Shown here: one piece after another, positions 12,306 to 26,100 of the stretch | Layout: each line of letters opens with the position of its first letter | How positions within the stretch are numbered: position 1 is the first letter of the stretch | Assembly: GCA_047495785.1 (NCBI GenBank) | Contig: JBLDXI010000017.1 | Coordinates: 3,162,001-3,226,000, forward strand | DNA from: Lepidodermella squamata | Lineage: Eukaryota > Animalia > Gastrotricha | Direction: 5' to 3' | Length of the DNA: 64,000 nt | The notes under the pieces: model-generated | Told to the model about the DNA's origin: nothing | Database searches by the model: none | The model's input: only the letters and a program-made list of their open reading frames with translations | Program-made: the position numbers and the translations under genes

Positions 12306-13621
12306 ATGGCACACCGAAACAACCACAACAGCCATCAGAATGAAGGAGTTACCCTCGAGACTGATGCCTTCACGTGCAGCATTTGCTTGAATCGCCTGTC
12401 CAGAATCAAAATGTGCCCGCGGTGTTCGAAAATGTTCCACGCGGACTGTCTATCAAAGTGGCTCGAACGCAGGCAAACTTGCCCTAACTGCATCTCACCT
12501 CTGAAGCCGAATGAGGCCATTTTTTGCCGGTAAAATTCATTTTTTCGATGTTGTCAATTTCAGCATTGATGAAAATATCAGGTGGGGACAGGAAATCCTT
12601 CAACACTTTGAAGATCTCGAGACCAAGACGAGAACTATGGCCGAAGAACGCAATCAAATTGTCGAAATTCTTAAAAACGCTAAAGAGTACGTCGTTCTCT
12701 CGCGAATGATTGCTATTCAAAAATTTTCATTTTCAGGAAATATGCTTTTAAAGTAGTTATTATCGGCAATATGGCAGTTGGAAAGACTGCTTTGACCAGG
12801 CGATTTACCGTAAGAAATTCAATTCAAAATGTGAAATTCTGTGTCTTTTTATTTTTAAGGAAGATCAATTCAGCCTAACCTTCCCTTCAACGGCAGCTTT
12901 TGAATTCGTAATTTTTTTTTTTAAATTTTCGGATCAATAAAAACTTGAATTTTATCGAACAGGTACATCGACGAGTTGTCATAGGTTATGACATTATTCG
13001 ATTGATAATGGTCGACACGGCTGGGCAAGAACAGTTCGATGCGATAACTACATCGTTTTATCGCGACGCTGATTCAATTATCATTGCGTACGACGTCACA
13101 AACAGAGTAAAAGCGAACTACAAACATCTTGATATATAGCTTTTATCTTATTTTTGGACCTTTTAGGACTCTTTTGAGAAGGTGCGTCATTGGCATACCA
13201 AGGCAATGCTGCACTCTATGAAAACTCCTGTGATGCTCCTTGTAGCTACAAAAGCTGACCTTTCTAATCACCGAGTTGTGAGCACGGAGGAGGGGCTGGT
13301 TAGCTATTTTTCTCATCGTTTTTTATGGTGACATCTCTGATTTTTCATTAGCGTTTGGCGGAAAACTTAGGCATTCGATTTCTCGAAACTTCATCGCTGC
13401 ATCGGGTTAACATCGAGGAAACTTTTTACTCTGTCGCCGCGACTCTAAAAGCTCGCCTTGATCACGAAATGGAAGAGGACTTTCAACGCCGTCGGGCAAC
13501 TTCCAGCATCTCTTACCGGCTTCATTCAGAATCAGCCATCTCATTACAGGTTTTAAGCGGACAGGAAAATTCGAGACAGACTAAAGATAAGGATAAGAAA
13601 TGTCCATGTGTTATCATGTAA
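12306..13621 (+). CDS. RING finger (TRIM37-like) - short coiled coil - Rab-family GTPase fusion, ~331 aa, C-terminal CAAX
   Basis: Seven exons join in frame: 12306-12529, 12582-12686, 12737-12809, 12860-12907, 12963-13106, 13167-13298, 13352-13621. RING CSICL..CPRCSK..CPNC..CRW; G1 GNMAVGKT, G3 DTAGQE, G4 TKAD, G5 ETSS; ends in CPCVIM. Confidence 0.85.
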
Positions 13622-14141
13622 TTTTTTATCTTAAATTTCACTCTGTCTTTGATACTCTCTGCAGAATAAATTCGAGAAGTAAAATTACCATCTTTTATTC
13701 ATTACATAAAATTTCACCGTTCTTGTTATAACTCTCAAAATTGAGGAATAAGAAGTGTAATTAAAACAGGTATGTTTTGTAGTTGCGCAAAAAGAAGTCT
13801 TAGTTCAGCGTTTCGGAAGACATTATAATATAAGTTATACATGTATCAGCGCAATTATTCGGACAAAAGCATAACAATAAATGAATCTACCATGCTTTTG
13901 ATCGAAAATTCAGCGTTAAATAATCATTCTTCCTCTAAAAGTTGAGAAAAATATCGCAGCTTTTGCATTTTCAACAAATTAATATCGTTGTTGCGGCAGG
14001 CCTAGAAACGTCATGGCCGCGACTGAAGACACGGCATCAGTCAATAAATTGTAGCCTGCCGTCAATGTGATGATGCAAAGTTTTTATAAAAATATATTTT
14101 GCTGCCTATCGCCATTCGAGGAATTCAACGAAGCCTTGTTA

Positions 14142-15439
14142 TCATTCGGTATCGAAGCCGCACCGTTCACCGACGAGCCGTTTCTAAATTTCGCAGTAAT
14201 TAAAATAGTTAAAATAACAATTGTATATCAAACCTCGTCGAGCTCCTTCTTTGTTTCCTCTTCGATACGTCGAATGTCGTCTAACGTTAACCCATACCAA
14301 TTATCCATCCAACAAAATATTTGCCGGTGGAATAGAAAGAATATTCTCCTCTCAGCCTATATATGAAAAATACAATTCAGGCGAGACTGGATGCCTGCTG
14401 AAAGCTACAAACGTGTTGGATAAATTTTTCGATTCGATGTTGTAGTCCAAACCATTTGAACTCAGCTGTCACGAGTTTGTATGCGCACATCACAGGTTGA
14501 GTTGTTTCCTGCGTGGACGAAGTGTTAAAATAAAATAGAAGCTAAAAAAATAGCGACACATACCGCCCATTTTCCAACTAGTGGGCCGCGACCAGTCTTC
14601 TCAGATTTAAATTTTTGAGGGTCTTGGTCTTCGCGATAATCCTAAAAAAAACTGCATTGAAGCCAAAGCCGCGGTAATTGGTTTCACTCTTACACTGTGG
14701 CGAACTTCGTCGTTGGCAATGTCGATAGTTATCACTTCACGCTTGGCAAGCAGCTCTGGAGGTAGGTTGTGAGCCTGGTTGGTCCAAAAATTAAACTTCC
14801 TGATTTGATGCAAAGGTATGAAGCTTACATTTTCAGTTGTCCCACGGTCGGGTAAGTGAAGAGATTCAATTTTCATCATGAAGTTCTCCTTCATGTAACC
14901 GGGGTTCTAGAATAAAGGATAATATTGGTGAAAATATTATATGGGCTGAAATGTTTGTTTACCGTTACGACAGTTCGGCAGTAGGGATATACGTTCCATC
15001 CTTCTTCGTGAACTTCCATGGAGCCCTTTGGCATGAAAAACCTCAGGATGGCAGGAATTCGACTATAACATTTGAAAAATCATTAGCTTATTATTCCAAT
15101 GATCAGGAAAGTTGTGTGAACCTTTTCAAATGATATATCTTGTAAGTATGTTGGCCCGAGTCGTAGTTTTGAAAGATGGGAGTATTGGTGAATGGCTCGT
15201 TTGTCACTATTTCGATGCCTTCGCCACCGCCTGTGTGCTGTTTACTGGACTCAGCTAGCGACCATAGCTGACCGATTCGGTACTGAAATGCAGAAATAAA
15301 TTTAAAAAAAAACTGGCAACCTGCACAAAAAAATCACCTCTTCGACAGACATGGGCATAATGATTCGGCTGAAAATCATGGCGTAAGTTATATATTTTAT
15401 TGAAGGGCGACTCTTAACTTACAATTCTTTGATAATCAT
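14142..15439 (-). CDS. Phosphatidylinositol transfer protein, class I (PITP alpha/beta-like)
   Basis: Starts MIIKE; [22 protein letters not shown]-like segment, [49 protein letters not shown]. Confidence 0.92.
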
Positions 15440-17456
15440 GTTGCCGAGGAAAGATCCGAGCTATCACCGGAATTAGAAAGAGCAGGCAGTTGTAGGTTGT
15501 AAGGCGATAAAAAAATCTATAACATTAGGAATATTATTAGCAGCTATTTACAAGGGCCAATGGTATATGCGGTGTGTCAAAAGCACAACTATAAGCTATA
15601 TAAAAACAGCTGCCAGCCGATGAAGACTGGAGCTCACACAGCTGCAATACTGATGGCCCAATCCATCAAACTCCAATGCCGATAATCCATTATATTCCCA
15701 TAAAAGCTTATTTCCTTTGGAATAGCTCAATTACTCTTGGATATCTTGGATGAATATTACAAAAAAGCCGCATTCGGGGATCACCTGTATCAATATTGAG
15801 ATGGAGAAGGTCCAATATATCAGCAAAGTAAATCGAAGTACCGTTTGGCGCGTGGCACTTCAAAGCTAGGAAATACTGGATTAGTTGGGTAAGCAAGATT
15901 AAAATCGGACTAGGTCATCCACTCGGCCAGGCTAAACCTTTAAAAAATGAGCTGAAAATTTCAGTCATTTGATGAAATGCCACAGGAAAAAAATGCATCC
16001 AACTTTTCAATGGAATAATGAGTGCTAGAATATAAGGTAAGTTCTATGTTTGTAGAGTGCATTCACACATGCAAGACACATGAAAGTTGTATAACAGGTA
16101 TGTACTTTTCTTCGCTCTTTTGGGTTAGTATTATACTACTATACTAAAAAAGGTGTTCTACGACGCCTAGAGAGTGTGTACATTTATTGTAAGATTTTTG
16201 CTGGTTCACAACGTTATCCATTAACACCGCACATTGAACAGTTTTCTACCTTTATAGACCTGCATCAACCCGAATAAATAGGAAAAAAATAAGCGTTCAC
16301 GTACATACCGTAGTTCACACCGGATAATAGACTATAAACGCTGTCTTGCTGCTGTTACAATGCTGCTGTTAGATACTTCTTCGGCGAAGAAAAATTGCAA
16401 TATATATTATACGATTATCTATCGCAACTGTAATGAACAATGAAATGCCGATTCAATCGCTTTGGATGGTTTTACTCATCGCGCTAATATGGCGATAAGG
16501 TTCACAGAATGCTCCTATCCAAGGTTTTAAAGGTAGAAATATTTGTCAAGAAAAGTAGGTTTTTTCTGGGAATCCGAATTCGTCACCGAGATAAAAAAAA
16601 TGACTCATTTGACTTGGCCTAAATTCGTGAGCCATACTTCTATATATATACATCCGGATACCGTGTTTTTTCTTTGTTTGCTCATCCTTTATACGCCGCG
16701 CATTTTTTGTTGCTGAGTAGCGCATGGTTACATGAAGTGGCATGGTTATGACAGGATATGCCTCGCCGGTAAAATCTTGGCCAGGTATAACTCTCCAGAT
16801 GTCTGTATTCGGGATGAGAATCGACCAACTTGAAAGATAATTAGAGCAAATAATTACCTGCTATCATCGCATTGGCGTTGGATTATCTAGGGTGATTAGA
16901 AAGATTTTTTGCACAGGTAAATATAGTATGAAATAATTGAGTTGCTATTTATTATTCAGCGATTTTTGTCAATCTGGAAGCGATGAAAGACTCGTTGACG
17001 CAGCTCTTATCTTCACGATTAGGTGACGTCTTTTGAACCTAACATGCGCGAAAGATTTCCCTTTGACGTCGCCAAAATGTTGTTTTACAATCACTTTGAA
17101 TACAACCGTTTTTTCAGAGGATTATTATTTTGCAAGTTGCTGCTATTAATTTTATTCATCTTATGAAATACTACCGTAGCAACACGACGGCGTACTAATT
17201 TATGTCTGATTCCGGGCGTTGAAACAGAAGGTAAGAAGCACCTGGAATGGTTATACGTTTACTCGGTGCATTACGTCATCGCATTGACAGGGCGGAAAAA
17301 TGACGATTTTACGTACCACTGGGTCGCTTTTATTTTTTAAGATCGCAGGCCGAGACATTGCACCAGCGGTTCAGCGAAGCGTGAGAGTCATAAATCGAGG
17401 ATAATGATATAGTTTTATACGTTTTTTAGTTCATCAGGTAGGTAACTTGTGGTGGT

Positions 17457-18846
17457 TTACATGAAGTAAATAGTCTCACAAAGAGCACCCATAGGCAGCC
17501 GGCCGGAAGTTGAAGACACACTGGACTCGCATGGCTGCATCACGAGACCGACCGTGCCTTGGTTATTTCTCGAAAATGCAGCGCAGTCGTTAGCAAAACC
17601 TGGCTCGCCAGGTAAGAAATTAGCCGGCGTCGCATAGCTACCATCTCCCCAAACAAACTCGTAAGTTTTTGGAGCCGTTCTTCGAAAAGAGATCCACACA
17701 GCGTAGCCAACAGCTCGCAAATCTAACCAATCAAACGTTCCTGCTTTCGGAGAGAAAAATTTTGGAAAAATTACCTAAATGACCGACGACAAAGTAGAAT
17801 TCGCTGGTACTTTTCAAATTAGCCAATTGGCCGTCGTAATCTCTACAGGCCTCTGCAGCTTCATCCCAGGTGAAGTTTCCGCTTATTAAGAAATATTGCT
17901 TTCGCATTAAAACAGGCAGAGCAAGGTTTGCCGTGCTGTACGGCATGAGGGGCTGAAAAATATTAAAAAAATTTGAGCATCTATTATGAAAATTGATCTT
18001 ACGACGGAACAGAAGTTCGTATTAGCTTCAGAATTAGGTCCTGTTCGGGTGAAAACGTTGCATAATGCTGCACCAAGGCCAGCGGCCAGATCGCCTTTTG
18101 AAGACTCGAAACTACATGCAAGTGGGGACCAGCCTTGGGCCTGGAAATTTCATTAAAAATTGTAAATAAATCGGCAAAAATTGCCGTACTCTGATTGCTG
18201 CACAATTTTGCTCGGATAGCGGTGCTACTGTTGTCTCTTCAAAGGGATCGTCAGGAATCCAGTCGGGCGAGGCCACACGAGCTGGTCCATGAACCATGTC
18301 AGTTTGCCAAAGCCACTGTTTCGGATCTTCCGACGATCGTTTGACACCTATCCAAAGCTGACCAATCCACGACTTCCCGATGTAATGAAGGAAACCAGGT
18401 AGTGAAGACCAATCTACATATATTTAGTGTGGGGGAAATATGCGAACAACCCTAAAATGCAAACCGATTCGGCGTTTAAACATTCGCTCCTCGCTTTTAG
18501 TGCTGAATATAGCCAAGGAAGAATTCCGAGTTCTACACCTAGAAAAGCGAAATTTCAAAACGAGTTAATTTTCGCTGTCATGGCTCTAATGAATATACGC
18601 CGAATCAGCCTCTTCGTGGTCGAATTCTCCGAAAACGATGAAGAAACACTTCACCATGGCAATATCTTGAGGCGGCGTTAGTGACGAAATTTGACCGGCG
18701 TGTAGCACATTGTGCGCCTGTGATGACTTGGAGGGCGGCAGCAGAGAAACTGTTCTGTTGAAGGCTTTCGATAGCCTTTGTCCTCTACTTTCACCTTCAA
18801 CCGAGTACAAGACCGCCAAAATACCGCAAAATACGAACAAGTTCAT
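17457..18846 (-). CDS. Secreted C-type lectin with two CTL domains
   Basis: Signal peptide MNLFVFCGILAVLYSVEG; WIGVK and WISFRR, FTWDEAAEAC..GQLANL, PGEPG..DCAAF, MGALCE. Confidence 0.8.
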
Positions 18847-20339
18847 TGTCGTGGTAGAAAATAAAATTGATGATCATCACTTTTCCATTATTTCAGTCTT
18901 ATTTGCGTTAATTTACTTCATTTTCGAGCAATGGAATTGTTTGTATATACCGGCAAATTGTTTGTTTGAAAATAATACTCGACCTGATCGATAATCTGAT
19001 CACAGCCCGTCTTGTTTACAGCAAATGCGCGAAAACAAACAATACGAGTGAATCGTCGCATGAATAAGCGATCGCTGGAAATACTAAAAGCGATGAAAGA
19101 ATGAAAAAAAGGATATTTTTAATCGCCACAACAGCCACACCTCCGGCCCCCGAGCGAAAATATTTTGATTTTGTTGATGGTGAGAAAGTGCTACTGCCAC
19201 CAGTCAGCATCGTATTAAGAAAGTAACCTGATTATTAGCAGTTATAATGTAATACGTGGTAATATGTTTACGGCTGTGTTGACCCAGCCCTATAAATCAC
19301 GCACCGACGTCCGACGTCAAACAGCAGCAACAGCAGGCCTGATTAGAAGGAAGGCGCATCGTGGCGGAATGATGCACCTGAAATAAAAAATTGGGCTAAG
19401 ATTTGACCTACAGACGCGCGGCTGGACGGCGGTTGGGCTCCTCCGGTTGGTGTATATTTTGTTTTGCATTTGCTACTTGAACAACACAGTAGAGGGCTGT
19501 CTGTGTATCATCTCCTTCCCGCAGCCGACCCAGCCCTCTCTCTTGATTATTTTTATGCATCGTTGTTGTAGGGCGCTGCTAATAACAACAAGCCTGTTTT
19601 ATTATTATTAGAAACTGCTAAACGCTTTTGCAAGCTTGTGAGCACCCGTGGAATAATATTATTACTTGATATTATAGCCACGGGATATGCATATCGGCTA
19701 CACGAAAATGATGTTCATCGTCTCTATCGCGAGAGCCGCCTTCATTATAATCAACTTTTACCTCTCTTTGTGCTCTCTATCAGTCTATATCTTCGTGTAC
19801 CTGTTATAGCGTCGGTGATTGATCGCTCATAGGTGCAACAACCTTTTTGTATCCTCAATCGCTCAGTCGGCGGCGATTACTTCGCGCACACGCGCTTCGC
19901 ATCATTATAACATCATGAGTTAAAAAACCGCGCCGTCTGTCTTTCGATCCGCATGAAATGCTGCTTGGCCATTCGCATCGGTTTTTTGCCAGTCCTGGTA
20001 TCTAAAAATCCATTGCTTATTAGATTGTTTGAGAGTCTGGCCGAGAAGGTTGACGCGACACAGCGATAAAAGTGGCGCCGGACTGTATGATTGGCAGCTG
20101 CGGAAGTCAAACGCTAGAATGACAGCGATTGATTGCTTTCAGCGTCATTATATTATTTATGGGCAACGCCCTCATCGTCAGCTACTACTCTACAGTGCAT
20201 TTATCCAGCTTGAAATTCGAAAGTCGGTCCTTTTTCTTCAAGTTCATAACGCTTGGTGCAGATTTATATCTACTTGTTTTCAACTGTAGACAATTTATTT
20301 TTGATAAAATGCGATTGGCTATGTGAATTCCGAGGTATT

Positions 20340-21992
20340 ATGAAATTTCATGCTTGGCTGGTAAGTTTTAATGAGCTTGCGATGATCGAAGGCAATACGA
20401 CATGATGTTTTGCAGCTGATTTCACTCGGTCAAGTTTTGGTGCTAGTAAATTGCCTCAATGATAGCCAGCAGCTCCTAACCTATGCTCCGGCCGAGGACC
20501 AGAATGCGCCGGCTACTGTTTTGCCGGTAAGGATTTACTTACTCTCCTTGATATACATTTCTAAATATTTTATATTTTTAGATGTCGGCAGAATTGTCGG
20601 TTATTATTTCGACGGTCCGCACTGAGTTCTACAAACGTGAGGATCAAAATAACTGTCCATTATCATTTTATTTCGCGATTTTCGTTTGACGTAGCGTGTA
20701 CGAACGATGGAGATTGTGGAACCGGGCAAATATGCAACAAACAGCACATGGAACTGATCGTGCCGCCATGCTCCAAGGGCTTTTGCCAATGCCAGCAAGG
20801 CTATGAATACGTCCAAGGCCAGACCGGATGCAAAAATGGTTACTATAATTTCTTTTTATCCTCCTTAAATAGGTATTTATTAGAAGGAAAATATTTCCAA
20901 GTTTACATTTTGCTCAAGCAGCAGTGAATAGGTTCGGAAATATCAGGATTTTGAATTATTTTTCCATTGAGTTCCCAATTAAAATCGATGTTGGTAATCA
21001 GTGAATGTTATTTTTTGAAAATTATTAATCAGTTTGCTCTACATACGAATACGGCGATGCTTGCGGCGTTTCGCCGACGAGATTATTCCCGGATTTCACT
21101 TACTGCTCATCGCACAACAACGTGACATGCCTGGTGAGATATGTCGGCTGCTTTCAGCTTCCTTCTCATTTTTTTGATTGCCCTATTCATAGCCACTGAA
21201 GCACTGCCCTGGAGCAGACATTTCACGGAAAAAGCAATACGGCGAGACGTGTTCAAAGTCATCTGACTGCAATCACTTTTCCCTAGCGTGTCGACCTTCC
21301 TACCCAGCGGAAGCGTCGCGGGCTAATATTACGTACCTGTCATCCCAAAATAAGTGGACATGCCAATGTCCTAGTGCAGATTTCACGTACGACTCTCGAG
21401 CTGGCAAGTGCAGGCGCTACACCCTAGGCGACAAATGCTCAAATTACTGCGGCCGAGACGCGACCATTTACCCGACAGGCCTCGCCTGCAACGAACAGGG
21501 CACGTGCGTGTGCGGCCAGGAGGAACAAGCTGTAGTCGACGTGACAGTGCCTGGCGTTCGTATAGGCGTGCCCGATTCGGAGGCCTTCTTTGAAGTCTTC
21601 GACAACATCATGATTTGCGTACCGCGCAAGTCCGCCAAGCTCAACCAAAAGCCTGGCCAAATCTGTGATATTCGCAAGATGACAGAGGTTTGCGAAGCTG
21701 GAAGCTTTTGCCTACCCTGCATCAACGACTGCCCTGCTTCGTTTTGCCGTGAGTGAAGTTTATTTGATACGAAAATTAAGGTAATTAAATATTTAATTTT
21801 CTAGGAGCATTGCGAAATGACCCTCGACACACAAACGCCTCTCTTGCTTCTATCTCCACCACTGAAATGGAATTTACCTGCAATGGCCAGTACGAAGCTT
21901 TCGCTATGACAGACGACGCGTCAATTTATTTAGCTAAGGGCAACTTTGTAATATTTTTTACATTCTTGCCAGCTTTCCTTAGGCTTCTTTAA
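20340..21992 (+). CDS. Secreted or GPI-anchored cysteine-rich protein with EB/EGF-like modules
   Basis: Signal peptide split by an intron (MKFHAWL|LISLGQVLVLVNC), repeated Cys modules (CTNDGDCGTGQIC..CQCQQGY; YGETCSKSSDC; LGDKC..CVC), and a hydrophobic C-terminal tail. Confidence 0.7.
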
Positions 21993-23179
21993 ATTTTTCA
22001 ATTATTATTAATTCGTTGCGGCGATTGGTACTTGAGTTTTCGTCTCTATTGGCGGTTTATTGAATCAAATTAGGGATTTTTCGCAAATGCGTGTGCCAAT
22101 TGAAGAGCATTTACCAATTGCTACAGCGATTAATTTTGCGCTGAGAAGAGCAAAATAATTCATCAAATTTTCTGTATTTTTCTGTTACTCATTTCCGCTT
22201 TATCTTTTCCGCCTAAAAAGTCACCAAAGACCGGTTTAATTGTTTTCGTTGTTGTTTTGATATCAACTATATAGAGCGCTTTATATAAAATTTAATGTCT
22301 GTTCCTAAAACTGATGATGTAAATAATGTATCATAACGTTATGAAGTGAGACACATACACTAATATAGGTTAAATTTGAAATAAAATTTCGCCGAGGAGC
22401 GGCTGTGTATCGCGAAAAATGTACGCTACTCAACACCGTGTGGGTAATATGTGCGTGTTTTTTCACTTCCGACGAAGAAGATGTTTTCAAAAGGACGAAA
22501 TCTAGACGTTTGAATGAGACAACATCGAACGTGTATTTCGCCGAAGTCAGCGTCGCGCAGCTGATCAGATGCCTCCGCCCAAGTTTCACATTTCAAGTCC
22601 CACTATTGCATATAAATTCTACCATCGCCAGCATAGAAATTTCATTTTTCAATCGCGATCACGCTATATATAATGGCAATTGCTGAAGACCTCTTCTGGG
22701 CTATCATTTCTGAATGGTCCATGTGGAAACTGCAACGCAATCAAAAACGTTTCATGGATCGATTGGCGAAACCTAGCGGCTGTTCTGGCTATGGAGGGCG
22801 AGCGGCATCATCGCAAAAATGCTTTCATCTCAGTCTCCAATAACTCGTTCGTTATACGCCGATTATTGTGACATTTTTTTACTGATATTTTTTTGTAAAT
22901 TTCACAAAATGAAAGTTGAGCATGATATGTTTGCTTGTCCGTAGAAAACAACAATACGGTGAACGAAAGAAGTGTGTCGTTACCCATCGAAAAAAAGTTG
23001 AGCAATGACGTTGGTATAAAAATCGTTATACTCACAGCAAGGCGTGTAAGCAAGAATAAAATTTATATAAATTGAAAAAAATGAGTGCTGGTCACAACGA
23101 GTAGCGATAGTATTAGATGGGAAGATGTGGCAATAATGTAAAATTTACAAAAACGGTAAAAAACGATAACACAACTCAA

Positions 23180-26100
23180 TCACTGGTGCTGTTTATCCGG
23201 GGAGTAGTGTCCATTCAGCAGGTGCGTTCTGGCACCTTGCTGTCTTTTAGCTTTCGGTGACTGGTGAATTTGAGCAGTCACTGCGACTGGAATTCCGGTC
23301 TTTCCATTCACCAGAGACTCTTTCGACGGAGGATTTACCTGGGCTGGCATTGAAATTCGGCTGATTAGCCCCGGTTTCGAAGAGTTGGAGGATCCAATAC
23401 TAGTACCGTTTGCAGAACTAATCAACGAATTATTAATATAGGCAGGAATGACGTGAATAGATGATTTACCTGCTGCTGGAGGCGCCACTCGAGGCTTTTT
23501 CGCCTTTGGATTGCTTGGCACACTGCGCGACAAGGTCTCTGATCAAATGGTCCTGTTCGTTGATGTGATGACGCATTTCCTACGAAATCGAATACCCACG
23601 CATTTCAATAGCCTATTTTTCAAATTTTTTTAATTTACCGCTATCTTCCCCTCTTTATCATTGAGCAGAGTTTCAGCTTGGCTCAGAGAAGCTAAGATTT
23701 GGCTAGATAGAAGAATAAATGGTAAAAGCGATCTGTTCGAGACTTCAACTTACTCTCTTTCAGACGAAAGCTTAGCAATAGTATGCGCTTGTTCTCTGCA
23801 ATCGTCAGAAAATTAATGAAATTCAGAATAATTTCAGACTCGGAAATCAAACCTCTGACGCTCGTTTGATTTACTCTGGCTAGAAATAACGGCGGATGCT
23901 TCGGCTTTCACTTTATTTTGAGCTTCTCGTTGTTCAGCAGCTAGGGCATCCTTCAACAATTTCACCTCGGAAACCTGCAAAAAATATAAATATAAATGAA
24001 GTTGGGTCCATTTCATTTTTCATTCATTCATTCAATTTATCCTCATTAACTTTGTCATTTTGAAATTATGGGACATAGGAAAATCGAGCAGTTTTCAGTT
24101 CACAAGATCGTAAACATTAGTTTTCTTCATTCATGTGTAACCTGAATTCACGAGTTACGGAATGTCGTAAGCTGTCTGAATGTTTTTCAACTTCCTGCAA
24201 AAACAGCTACTTGAGTGCTCTTTTATTTCACGCACGAGGATTTGTTGCATGGACATTTCCACGAAATAAATTCCCAAACTTGGGGACATGTCGGAGCTCA
24301 AACCATCAAAAAAGTGCAGTTAAGTATAACGAAAAATGAACTGGCAAAAAATGAAGTGTAAAAAACTGCCTTACCGATTGTTCGTATTTGCCTCGTAGGG
24401 TCTCAATCTCGGCTTTCAGAGCGTCGGCTTCAGACAGCGTTTTCGCCAATTTTTGTTCGGTATCGACCAGACGCGATTGCAGCTCTCGAACTTTATCACT
24501 AGAGCCTTTCTGTCCATCCAACTGCGCCTTTAGTGCCGAATTATACTCCTCAGCCTGGCTCAGTTGCGCCCCACTCATCGCGCACTGATCCCGTAGACGG
24601 CTTGTTTCTTGCTGAGCCATGTTCAACTGCCGCGAAAACTCGTTGACCTGAGTCGATAAATCAGCGACGTGATTACGCGTGCGAGCCAGTTCGTTCTGAA
24701 GAATCGCCGTATCCTGCTCTCGTTCTAGAGCTATCGCCTGGGCCGATCTCAAACTCTCGCGAGTTCGATCGAGCTCGGCAATCAACTCAGCGACACGTTT
24801 TTCGAGGATAAGAACACGCTCTCCAACAGTTTGCGCCTCTCTTTCAGCCGAAGAATGAGCCACCTTAGCAGCTCGAAGTTGCGACTCCATCTCACCGAGT
24901 TCGTCCCGAGCCGCCTTAAGTTTAACCTGGCAGTCAGACAAATCTCGCTGCGTCTCCTCAACAACGTGATCTCGAGACGAAATTCGGTTCTGTAATTCTC
25001 GAACTTGCCGCTCAGCGTTTGATAGAGATTCGCGAAGTTCGACTGAAACACGGCGAGACTCGGCGCTGCTGCGACTTGCATCGACATTTTTCGCCCGTTC
25101 TTGTCGCAAATCTTCCTGAAGCTGCTGCAAAATCTGGTCCTGATGAGCTATTTGTTCGGCTGACAGTTTGTGCTGTTCACGAATTCCGGCGGTTTCAACC
25201 TCGGATTTGGCGATTTGCTGCTTCAGTGTTGAATTTTCCTGAGAGACCTTCGCCAGACTTTCACGGCTTTGATTCAATTCGGACTTGAGCCGCTGCAGAT
25301 TTTCGCGTAGGTTAGACCTGTCTTCTTCGCAGTCCTGAATTCGCTCTTGAAGAGACCGCATTTCCGTCTGGAAACGACGAACCTGCCCTTCCAATCGCAC
25401 ACATTCAGCTACTTTAGCGTTCATTTCGTTCTCGCTAACAGCGGCTTTTTCCTCGGCGACCTGAGCCTTTTGCATCGCAGCCGCTTGTTCGCTAGCCGCC
25501 TGTTTGTAGGACTGGCGGGCCTCGGACGCTTCTCGCTTCGCCGATTCAACCTCGTTAAGCATCAACGCGACGCGCTGCTCAGACTCGCGAAGAGCTGACC
25601 TCGTGCTATCCAGGTCAACTCGAAGTTCCTGAACACCGCATTCAAGCCGAGAAATGATGTCCTCGCGTTGATGAAGGTCGCTAGTCAGGGCAGCAATGTC
25701 GATCTCTAGCGCATGGATACGCTCGAGGCAGACGCTATTTTCCTCCTTCATAACCCGTGAATCAGCACTGGTCTCGGCGATTTGTCGCCGCAAGTCTTCC
25801 ATCTCCTTGTCACGAGCCCTGGTATTATTCTCCCATTCCAAATTCTGCTCCTCAGCTTTCTGCCGCATATCACAGAGCCGCTCTTCAAGCATTCGCAACT
25901 CCTCGGTCGCGTTCATTTTCTCCTCCCGAGCGATTTCAAGGTCGTGCTTCATTTGTTCAAGAGCCGCTTCCAGCTGATTTGCCTTACGTTGAGCTGACTC
26001 AGTGTCAATGTTCATTGATTCCAACTGAATCTCTAGTTCTTCGATCTTCTTATCGCGCTCGAGTAGCTCTCGATTAGTGTAACGATGGTCTGTTTCATAG

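Noticed and set aside
15540-16900. Intergenic stretch with short ORFs that might be a decayed element
   Set aside because: No recognisable transposase or RT motifs and no repeats found by eye.
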